DNA from: Ginkgo biloba | Lineage: Eukaryota; Plantae; Ginkgophyta | NCBI GenBank assembly: GCA_024626585.2 | Contig: JANKJI020000002.1 | Span: 4,471,870 to 4,494,855, forward strand | Direction of reading: 5' to 3' | Length of the DNA stretch: 22,986 nt | In this document: positions 11,538-22,189 of the stretch, one piece after another | Layout: the number at the start of each line of letters is the position of its first letter | How positions within the stretch are numbered: position 1 is the first letter of the stretch | The notes under the pieces: generated by a model | Told to the model about the DNA's origin: nothing | Databases searched by the model: none | What the model saw: the letters and a program-made list of their open reading frames with translations, nothing else | Position numbers and translations under genes: made by a program

Positions 11538-14144
11538 GGCGAATGATTTGATTTTAGGGATTTCATCTGTTGGCAAGAGCTCCAATCCTAGTGACTATTG
11601 GGAANNNNNNNNNNNNNNNNNNNNNNNNNNNNNNNNNNNNNNNNNNNNNNNNNNNNNNNNNNNNNNNNNNNNNNNNNNNNNNNNNNNNNNNNNNNNNNNN
11701 NNNNTTTATGCCATATTTATATCCTAATTCTTATATTTTGATAAATTTCCAAAAAATGAATTTAAAAATGAGGAGATTCACTCCAAAAATATTTCCATTG
11801 TTTCTAAAATATATTAGAAAATCTTATTAGATTTGCTAAATTTTAATAATTTAAAGGAAAAAATTATATTTGGTTAAAATTTTTTATTTTACATATATAT
11901 TATATATTTGATAGGATGAAAATATTTTTTAAAGATATAAACTTATTAAAAATAATTCACTACTTAAACATTTTCTCTAATAGGGTCTAAGACTCATTCT
12001 TAACATCTCTTAGAGGCCTAAAATATTCTTAGCCTTAAAATATTTTCCATAATTTCTTAATATTTTCCCATAGATATTATAACCTATTATCCTTCCAATG
12101 AATTCATTCACCCTCTCTATGGCCCCTTGAAGTCATTTGACCCTTATCATCATATAACAAAGTGATGCAACCCTCTAAATAATCAAACAAGATATTGTGA
12201 CNNNNNNNNNNNNNNNNNNNNNNNNNNNNNNNNNNNNNNNNNNNNNNNNNNNNNNNNNNNNNNNNNNNNNNNNNNNNNNNNNNNNNNNNNNNNNNNNNNN
12301 NNNNNNNNNNNNNNNATTAAGGTAAAAAGTACTGAAGGTTCAATTTAATTATTTATTTACTTATTTTTATCTAATTATATTTTTTATGATACCATAAGAA
12401 ACCATTTAATGGATCATAATTATTTTACCAGTAATTATGTTCTCATTTATCTACTTATCAAGACTCTGAATCTTCTAAACATTTATTTTTATTTTTATTT
12501 TTCTCACCTTATTATAAGTTATAACTTGAGAAAGGAGGGCATGGATCTAATCAATTATGAAGGATTCCTTCATGAGCTTAAAATTTAGGAAGAAATGGTC
12601 TAATAACTCTTGTAAGCCTAGAAGTAAATTTTTACTTCCATTCAAGATGAGAGAACCCTAGTGAGCAATCATTCAATTATGACAATGCCAAATAATACCC
12701 ACAAAAACCTTATTATAGTGGAAACAAATAAATTTATTTAAGGACAAAAGAAGGAATATTTAGTATGATCCATGATATAGACCAAGCACTTGATAAGACA
12801 TCTTTTTTAGTTGAGTATAACATGAACTATATAAATACCTTATATGTAAAATCTTCCACTTATATGGNNNNNNNNNNNNNNNNNNNNNNNNNNNNNNNNN
12901 NNNNNNNNNNNNNNNNNNNNNNNNNNNNNNNNNNNNNNNNNNNNNNNNNNNNNNNNNNNNNNNNNNNTTAATAATAGAGAAAATTTGAATAATAACTAAG
13001 AAAGGAATAATACATGAAAAGTATCAAGAACATCCAATTTTGAATACCCTCTTAAGAAAATTCATAATGACATAACCTAGGTGAAATTTCCTTAGGTATT
13101 TCTTAGTTTTTAAAGTGATTATATATATTATTCAGTAGTTACAACATTGGAATCACCATAATAGTCATGCAAGATAGCATATAAAGATTAGTTTACTTTT
13201 GACACTTAACAACAATGATAGATGAATTCATCCAATAAATTAATATTTTGATAAATGAAGGCCAAATATTCCAAGTAAGGTACTACATAATCACCTAAAT
13301 CAAAAGGCTAGAAAGCTTATCCTTATTCAACAAAATAGTCAAAAAATTCTCCCTTATAAATCAATTCTTTAAACTGATGAGTTGCTCTTGATATAAGAAA
13401 ATGACATCAACACACATAACAACAAAAGGAAAAAAACCACAAGAAGAATAATTCTCATAATTTATAATATCTTAGATTAGAGAAATAACAATAGTTCTTA
13501 AAATATGTCCAAAATATAGTCACATTTACAATGACACTAGATTAGTGATGTCGCCAATAGTACTCGTTTAGGACATAAAATATGATTCAAAATAAACAAA
13601 ATAAATATTTGCAACTAAATATCAACAAAGCTCAATTTTAGATGAAAATGAATATTTGGGACATCAAATTTAAAGAGATGAAACCATAGAGAGATCATTT
13701 CATTAATGAACAACATTCAAGATTATATGTATATAATTAATAGTCACAATTTAGGAATTGTAAATAAGGTAATCATAGGTAACTAGGAATACTCCCCTCC
13801 ATTTGATAACATCTAAGAATAAAATACACTATTTATAGATAAATACTAGATAAATAAAGTATGAAAATAAAGGAAACATAAGGAATAGAAGGAAACTTTG
13901 ATTCTTTCACTACTAGTTATCGATGGAACCTTTCTTTCTTTGTACTTTTTTTATTATTTCTTGATGGTTGGAGGTTGTTGGATACAACTAAANNNNNNNN
14001 NNNNNNNNNNNNNNNNNNNNNNNNNNNNNNNNNNNNNNNNNNNNNNNNNNNNNNNNNNNNNNNNNNNNNNNNNNNNNNNNNNNNNNNNNNNNCTATGAGT
14101 GCATAAGTTGCCCAATATGACCAAGGATTCAAGACATAAGCTAA

Positions 14145-14889
14145 GTGTTGTTATAGAATTTATTCTATAGGTATGTTATTGTGGTGGCTTAGATATATTG
14201 GTGTAGTCTCATGTTAAATGATGAAATAAGTCATGTGTGCTTTATTGATATACTCTTATTGTTTGGTATGTTGATTGATATAAGAGTTAGGATTCAATTT
14301 TTTGATGATATAGTATGTTGATNNNNNNNNNNNNNNNNNNNNNNNNNNNNNNNNNNNNNNNNNNNNNNNNNNNNNNNNNNNNNNNNNNNNNNNNNNNAAG
14401 ATATATGATTATTTTTTAGCATGGTTAAATATTTTTTGATAAATTTTGACCCATGGTTGAAGGGTGAAATGTTGAGTTTATTGATGTCCTTAATTAAATA
14501 TTATTCTTATAAAATCCTAATTGTAGAGAGGTAAGTATGTTTATTGCAACTCCTTGAAGAGAGAAATATTTTATCCTTATAACTCCTTAAGGAATAAGAG
14601 AGATTGATATTATGTTATCATCTGTAAAGATTGATGTGACCCTTAATAGGTGAAGTGGAATATCCCACGCTATTATCACAAGAGAAAGTGGTGGATTGAA
14701 AGTAAAAAAAAAAATTATGAATGTTTGATAAGGATAAATGTTTGTTGTAGAACATGATTTGGAGAATATTTATTGGATTCAATTACTTAAAATTATAAGT
14801 GGAGGTATGCCAACAAACAATGTGTTTCCCACAAAATGGATGTGTTGTTATAGAAATTAGTCTCTAGGTATGTTAGTGTGGTGTCTTAG
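14145..14889 (+). repeat. 48-bp dispersed direct repeat (14145-14192 and 14842-14889)
   Basis: gtgttgttatagaatttattctataggtatgttattgtggtggcttag vs gtgttgttatagaaattagtctctaggtatgttagtgtggtgtcttag; 43/48 identical by manual count. Confidence 0.85.
14457..14475 (+). other. Possible polypurine tract / LTR start junction
   Basis: ttgaagggtgaaa followed by TGTTGAG at 14470, resembling the copia TTGAGGGGGAG-TGTTG junction. Confidence 0.35.
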
Positions 14890-15245
14890 TAAGTATCCAC
14901 ATGTAAATTTTGATGCATGGAAGAAGGTGGCTAAGGTTTCCACAGAGTGGGAAGACCCACAAAAATGCTGTTGAGTAGTTTAAATAGGTGATGATCCTTA
15001 TGATTTAATATGATCCTATTTATGTGGTTTATTGCATGATGATCTACTAAATTATAAGGAAATATAATTATAAGACCAAGTTGGAGACAATATTCAAGTA
15101 CAAAAATAATGTTGATTATGCAACGATTATTAATGTAAATAAAATAAATCTTTGTAAATGGGTACCAAATTTATTGTAAGACCCAAAGAGGTAGGAAGAA
15201 CCCCTATTGAGCTACTTATGACCCCTAATTAACATTAAAGTGGGA

Positions 15246-15602
15246 TGTTATAAGGTTAATATTATACATGGTCATGTATTAATTCATTAGTCATGATAAG
15301 TCACTTATTTCATTGGTCATATTAAGTTGTTTATTATGAAATTCTTCTAGACATGCTAGAAGATTCTTATCTCAATTATTATTAACTTGGTTATTGTGAA
15401 AGACCTTGACTCTACAAGTATAAATAAATGTCACTCCCATGTTGTATCATCGATGTCTCATTGAACTGTATTATAGCATGTAATAAAAGTGAAAAGATTT
15501 CGTATTATGTTTCTCTTCTCTACATCTTGAATTATAATATGATGTCAAAGATGTAAACTGTGAGAAATCCCACATGCTATCATAATTGTTATAAATCTAA
15601 TA
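15246..15602 (+). mobile_element. Probable Ty1/copia-type LTR (~357 bp)
   Basis: Begins TGTTA directly after the PPT-like attaaagtggga and ends TAATA (TAACA with C>T). Internal TATAAATA at ~15420 and AATAAA at ~15482. Immediately followed by the PBS-like TGGTATGAGAG. Confidence 0.6.
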
Positions 15603-15614
15603 TGGTATGAGAGA
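15603..15614 (+). promoter_or_regulatory. Primer-binding site, tRNA-iMet type (degenerate)
   Basis: TGGTATGAGAGA vs canonical TGGTATCAGAGC (10/12), abutting the putative LTR end. Confidence 0.6.
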
Positions 15615-16139
15615 TGCAAAATATTTTCAAATTAACCTATATAAGATTTAAGAATATAAGTATAAAATTACAAGAATTTAACAAAACTAATAAGAAAGAG
15701 AATATGAGATTAACTTCAAACTAGTAGTATTTCATTAAGAGAAAANNNNNNNNNNNNNNNNNNNNNNNNNNNNNNNNNNNNNNNNNNNNNNNNNNNNNNN
15801 NNNNNNNNNNNNNNNNNNNNNNNNNNNNNNNNNNNNNNNNNNNNNTATTGTATCATCATATTTAATTAATGTATCATCTTGTATCATATTAAAATGTCAT
15901 TGAAGTAATTAAGTGATGATATTTTATAGTATATTCATATTCATGTCTACCTTCTCAAGGTATTAGATATATTATTTTTAACATTTTATTAGAGTTATGA
16001 ATAATCATAATTTTAAAACTAATTTATATCATTAGTGAATACTCCCTTTATAATATGAAAATCGTAGTTTGTATGAATGTGAGATAGTACATCAAAGATA
16101 ATCTTAAGGTGATGTAAATGGAATGGATGGAATTAGAAA

Positions 16140-16400
16140 GCATTATGAAATGGTGGACGATTTGAGGTGAGAATTGTTTTACTATTCTTCATAGATTTAA
16201 TAATAATCTCATATCACCAGAAATATGTGAAATAAATTGGTCAATATTGATTGGTGGTGCGAGTTCTCTAAAAATCCTCCCTTTGAAAAGAACATGTCTA
16301 GGCTTGGGGTGATGCCAATCCAATTCTATATGATCTAAGAGTGAAGATTAAATAGAAAGGTCTATAATATTGATATCAACCCATATTCGGTTAACATTAC
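16140..16400 (+). mobile_element. Possible hAT transposase C-terminal dimerisation-domain relic
   Basis: MKWWTI*GENCFTILHRFNNNLISPEICEINWSIL resembles WW...G...P.L..LA..ILS...SSS.CERNWS. Downstream KRTCL and LYDLRV echo KRNRL and HYNLRL. Confidence 0.5.
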
Positions 16401-16829
16401 AACCTCAAACCAATATAAGTTAAGAAATATGATATGTGAATCTAGTAGTTATGATGGGAAGTATTGAAGAAATTCTAAGGAGAATGATAGCGATGAGCTA
16501 ATGAATAAGGAATGAGCATCATAGTATATGAACTTGAAGGTATAGAATAATAAATAAAAATAATAACATTTAAAGTTGTGAGAATAAAGGGAACTAAGAA
16601 TTTTAAATAATCTAAATCATTAAACATAATCAATGAATTGTGTAACTATCATATGCCTTGATCAAATCAGTCTATAAACTAAATTTATTATGAAAACACT
16701 ATTCATTAATCGAAGAAAAATATTTCATATGACTTTGTACCTATATCTCATTCCCTTTTTTATTTTTAAATATAAATACAAATTTAGATTTATTTCCATA
16801 ATTTAGAATAAGTTTACCTTCTTCATAGC

Positions 16830-19015
16830 TTCTAAGTAGAAGTGATTGACAGATTTCCAATGTAGTAGAATGGGCATTAGAGTACCATATTTATGGATAA
16901 CCTAAAAGAATTATCTTCCACTAGCTCTAAAAAATTTTAAGTCCCATACCAAATATAACCAAACTTATGGTGAAGTCTAGGTACATCTTTAGATTTATTC
17001 CACATCAAAACTAGTTCACCAACATTAAATGTTTTAGGGGTTTCATTCTTATCAAAGATCCTTTTGATTTGATCCTTAAATTTATAAGAGTGTATAGTTN
17101 NNNNNNNNNNNNNNNNNNNNNNNNNNNNNNNNNNNNNNNNNNNNNNNNNNNNNNNNNNNNNNNNNNNNNNNNNNNNNNNNNNNNNNNNNNNNNNNNNNNN
17201 NNNNNNNNNNNNNNNNNNNNNNNNNNNNNNNNNNNNNNNNNNNNNNNNNNNNNNNNNNNNNNNNNNNNNNNNNNNNNNNNTTGGGGAATTTATTTCAAAC
17301 CATAAGGAATGGTATAAATTGACATACTATTCCCTCTAGATATTCCTCTTGAGGATTTTTATCAAGTTATTATTGGTCGACGCATCTAGTTTCTTTCCTT
17401 GAGAGTAATAGTTTGATGAAAGACATATGATAATTCTATATGACTGCAAAAAATCAATCATCTCTATTGATACAAAGGCCTTCATATTATATAATATCAG
17501 ATAATTTAGCACTCTAAATATTATTAGGATGTTTTTTCTAAGAAATTTAATGACTTCACTAGAATTGGCCTTGTTTAAGTGGGTTTCCTATGTCCACATA
17601 ATAAGATAATACATGGGTGTTGAAATATAAACATGTTCTTTTTTTTAGGATAAATGGATCATACCTATGAACTCTAAGCCCTACTATATGAATGAATCCT
17701 CTACAAAGATTGGATGATGTGGCATAGCTTAGATATTTTATTTTCTAGTGAATATCTAATATGATATGTAATATCTGACCATCTTGACATAAGATAGGAA
17801 AGTAGTATCCTTCTATGATAATATTATGAGTAGTGGTTTATAATGTTATCCACCATATATGTATGAATGAAATTTCATTACAACTTATTACAATTGATTT
17901 AAATTAAGGCACCTCAATAATAGACCATCATGGTTTCTCTGAAAATGTATGCCATCTACCAAAACATACTTAGCAACCTATAATTTATATCCCTCTTCTA
18001 TTTATTTATCATATAATTAGGAAAAATACTATTCTATAAATAGTAGGTACAATTTTGGTACCTGGGATCTTGGTGGGTAGCAATAATGTTATCCTTATAA
18101 TTATCAACTTTCTCATCATTTTCTTAAAACAAAATTATCCAATTATGTAAGAAGATAACTTACATAGACCTTGTAACTTTACAATTTTGGTTACTTTTAT
18201 GTCAAATTCATACTTTTCAATTGTTTAAGCCCAACTAACCCATTTTCTATTTAATTCTTGTTGGTTCAACATAATATTTACAAGAGAGAGTGATACATAG
18301 GATAGTATATGAATAGTTATAATATACAACCTAAATTATTTAATAACTTTAATTAAAGTATATTCTTGCCTCTCCATAGGTATGTACCTAAAATCATATT
18401 ATTTCAATACCTTACTCATGAATGTGATGGTATGTTCATGACCTTTATTTTCTTTTTGAATAAAAGTAGTAGCTACTACATTTTATGAATAATGAGAATA
18501 GATAATAAAATCTTTATCTAAATTTGATACCATTAATACAAAAGTGGATATGATTACTTCCTTGATTTTTAAAAGGATTCCTTATCCTATTCCATCCATT
18601 TGAGTTCAACATATTTCATTAGTAATCAAGTGATAAGTATGACAATGTTGGAAAAGTCGAGGATCAACCTCATAACAAAGTTGATATCTCTTAAGATTGA
18701 ATAGATTTCTTACTGGAGGGTATTGGAAATTGTTTAATATACTTAACCTTTTTGATCAATGTGCATACCTTCCTTGGAGACAAAATGTCCAAGAAACTTT
18801 CCTTGAGTTATTCTAAAATTGGACTTCTTCAAGTTCAATGATATATAAAAATTTCTATATCTTTGAAAATGTTCTCTAAGGTGCTCAATATGATCTCTCC
18901 TATTTCTATAAAAGACTATAAAATCATCCAAATAGATGGATATATTTTTACTAATCAATTCACTAAATACATAATCCATCACCTTTTAAAAGGTGTCTCC
19001 TGCATTGATTAACCC
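16830..19015 (-). mobile_element. pol: Degenerate Tat-like Ty3/gypsy pol: RT core, degenerate RNase H, integrase
   Basis: RT: GLINAGDTF*KVMDYVF...IYLDDFIVF...SLNLKKSNF...GKFLGHFVSKEG (ORF 18743-18982). RNase H: FIIYSHYS*NVVATTFIQKENKGHEHTITFMSK...MERQEYTLIK...KYEFDIKVTKIVKLQGLCKL. Integrase: DGLLLRCL...FHSYIYGG...SSNYYSQGKKLDASTNNNLIKILKR, and across the gap FDKNETPKTFNVGELVLMWNK...HHKFGYIWYGT*...NHFYL. Confidence 0.93.
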
Positions 19016-19115
19016 NNNNNNNNNNNNNNNNNNNNNNNNNNNNNNNNNNNNNNNNNNNNNNNNNNNNNNNNNNNNNNNNNNNNNNNNNNNNNNNNNNNNN
19101 NNNNNNNNNNNNNNN

Positions 19116-19530
19116 AGTGTATTATTTTATAATGTTGGGTGAAAATTACCTTAGGATCATAGACTCGTAGCCAAATATTTTCTAGTATAAAATCTTTGAT
19201 GTCCTTCACATAAGCTCTAGCTTGATCAATATTAGACACTATGAAATCTACAAATTTAAAATTGAATGAGTGGAAAGAAGTTTCCTTCCAATTTTGATAA
19301 ACCTTGGAGTATATAGCTTAGATATGTTGGTATACTTCATATAAAAAGGTTCAATTGTTCACATACTTTGGTAGGTAGTATGGGTTTCCTTCAAAGGCAT
19401 ATAATTGCATATACAAATAATCCTTCTCCAAGTATAAATATCCAATACCTTTTAATGCTTCTTTTATGATCGTACTCATCCATACTATCTCTAGATTCTC
19501 TAAGAGGTAAAAAACTTGTTGAAAACCTTT
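19116..19530 (-). pseudogene. Decayed ORF of unknown function, probably a retrotransposon accessory ORF
   Basis: One frame of ~135 codons with only two stops, extending ORF 19009-19239 upstream: FQQVFYLLENLEIVWMSTIIKEALKGIGYLYLEKDYLYMQLYAFEGNPYYLPKYVNN*TFLYEVYQHI*...NIWLRVYDPKVIFTQHYKIIH. No gag or pol motif recognised. Confidence 0.55.
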
Positions 19531-20152
19531 CTTAACACTAGGATGGATAAGGCAAAACTAGTTTAGCTAAGGATAATGGTGTCAAGACAGGATTAATAGT
19601 AAGGGGTAGATAAACCCTCCCACTTGAATAGGGACAGTTCCCTTTCTGTACAAAATAAATAAAAATGCAAATAAGAGCCAAACTTAATATTCACAGAACT
19701 AATTTCAAAGGTGGAAAATAGGGTTTGTTTCAATGCCAAGAAATAAAAGGTTGGAGTAGAAGGAGACATAGAAATAGAAACTAGAAATAATAATGGGAAG
19801 GTAGTAAAATATTAGTAAAAATAGTTGGATAGAAGGGCCAGGCCTTGTAACTCAGTAATAAGTGCAAGATGAAATAAGGTTTTGAGCAAAGACCATAAAA
19901 AATCCCCAACACTAGAGAGAGAGGCAGAGATTCTTTGTTATTTACCACACATATATTGGATGACATTGTCATACCAATCTCAGAGTAAACACCCTGAAAC
20001 ATAAACCTCTTTGTTGATCACAAATTTGGCATACTTGTATGTGGCCAAGTCGCGCTAGGTCTCCCATTTTACTTTGTAGTGAATTATCATAGAGTTCAAG
20101 GTCTTCTGGGTTGACTCCTTCAAAATAAAAAAAAAATTTACAGTGGTTTGTA

Positions 20153-20242
20153 GCATTGCATCATGGTGTAAGGGAATTTTTACAAGTTTTAATACACACA
20201 TGGAGGGTCGCGAGTTTTCTTCCTTGCGCACTGCCTTTTTTC
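20153..20242 (+). other. tRNA-like relic (tRNA pseudogene or SINE head)
   Basis: GCATTG...CACTGC outer stem (5/6 pairs), A-box-like TTGCATCATGGT, T-arm-like GGTCGCGAG-TTTTCTTC-CTTGC, then a 7-T run. No clean anticodon arm. Confidence 0.3.
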
Positions 20243-22189
20243 TCAGAAATTTTTCCAATTGTAAAAGGTCAAGAAGACTGCTAGGGGATCAACCCCCTGC
20301 GATGGCACCATGTGGTTACATCATGTGGCCATGCAACCTACATCAAAGTATAAAGTTTCAATAAGCCNNNNNNNNNNNNNNNNNNNNNNNNNNNNNNNNN
20401 NNNNNNNNNNNNNNNNNNNNNNNNNNNNNNNNNNNNNNNNNNNNNNNNNNNNNNNNNNNNNNNNNNNTTTGAGAGGCTCCCTATCCCCAAACTCTCATCA
20501 CTAAATTTCATACCTATTTTATGGATGAAATACCCATATTTCATAAATTTAACATTTAGACTTGGGTCCACAAGCCAATTTTATATTTTTAGGGATATAA
20601 AAGTAAGTATACTCATTTTATATTAGTTTATTGAACCTTAAACCCTAATACTTCTCCCAAAATCACTGATATAAGAAAGGCTTCATGAAAAATTATTTTC
20701 TACTTGGGTCTGAGGATTATCCCTTCAAAACTTCATCTCTTTTAGGGAAAAAATAATGAAGGAAGTCCCCTCTATGTCTCATTACCCCTTTGTACAAGAC
20801 TAAGGTCTCTCAAAAATTTATGTTTATAGGATGAGATTGTAATCATAAATGTTGTATTTTAAGCGACCTTAGTTATGTGTAAAGCCTCTCTTCATGGTAA
20901 ACTTACCTTGATATATTACATAAGAATCCCATAAAAGGATTGATTATATATGAATCTTTTATTATACTAAATTCCATCTAATATTCATAGATCATAATAA
21001 AATATTTTTTCCTTAATCCATGAGAATTTCATATTCTAGGATCAATTCAATGCATAAGCTACATTGATTATGTATTTATGATCATAAATGAATAAAATAA
21101 TGTGACTATGTGCAAAGAATGATTTCTTATTTCACCTATCTTTTCAAATCATCATGGATGTATGTACCATGAAATATTTAATCTCACACATGCAACATAT
21201 TTTCAGTCAATGTTTATCCTTATGCTCTTTTACTAATGATTTTTGGTACATAACCTTACTACTTTGGAATTATTCATTTACACTTGAGTATATGTACCTT
21301 GGAGTAGATAACTATCTTGTCCCTAACATGTAGTACTAAAAATCCATTGATTAACATTGTCGACTATGTTGGAATCTTTACGAAGTTTAAAAATTATTAA
21401 AAGGGCAATGGCATAGGAGAAGGATTTCATATGGGTGAAGGTCATGTTTAGTAACAGTGGAACAAGAATATTAGTGAAGATTAGCATTTTGATAGATGTG
21501 GGTCAGGAAAATATAGAGTGGTGATAGTGATATATGAAGGATTTGGAGAAATAGTATTCCTTTCTTTAGTATTTACCATACACAATTGTGTGACCCTTAT
21601 TATAGAATGTCACACATGAAAGGAATGGGAGGTATTTGAAATAAATATTGATGAGGAGAGGCAAGAAGTGGAGAGTGACACCACTTTCAGTAGTAATTTT
21701 TTAGGTGTGGAAACCCTACTTCAGATTTGTAAAGTAGGTGGCTTGAGAAGGATTTACAGTGAAGCATCCTACAAAGCCCCTTCTTTTCAAAATCCATGGA
21801 AAAGCATTGGAGGCTCTAGTAGGGAGAGGTCAAGGAGAAGTAGGAGGGGAAATTCATAACCCATATTCTTCCTCTCTCAACTGTAGTGCTTCATGTATCC
21901 AAGGGCAACAACTATTCTTTAAATTCACCCTCAATTATAGTTGTTGTTTTCAATGACGAACATTAACACTAGACACGTGAAATCTTATCTTCTTCACATC
22001 AACACTAAATTCTTTTGAATTAACCCTCAATTATAGTAGTATTTTATTTTGTGAATATTTCTTTGTATAATGAATTTATGTAAATAAAGAAGATCTCCAC
22101 ATACATGTACTATCCTTATGTTAAAAATTAACATGATTTGAATAAAATTTGCTTATTATACAATATTTACAAAGTTCACCTCTATTGAT

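Noticed and set aside
12316-13990. A-rich stretch as LINE or caulimovirus relic
   Set aside because: No RT, endonuclease or movement-protein motif found in the frames I read.
19009-19239. Accessory ORF fused in frame to RT
   Set aside because: The join is across a 100-N gap, and the RT N-terminal half is missing there.
21668-21956. Two short overlapping plus-strand ORFs
   Set aside because: No motif; they lie in the presumed 3' non-coding region of the 22190-22986 element and are consistent with chance.
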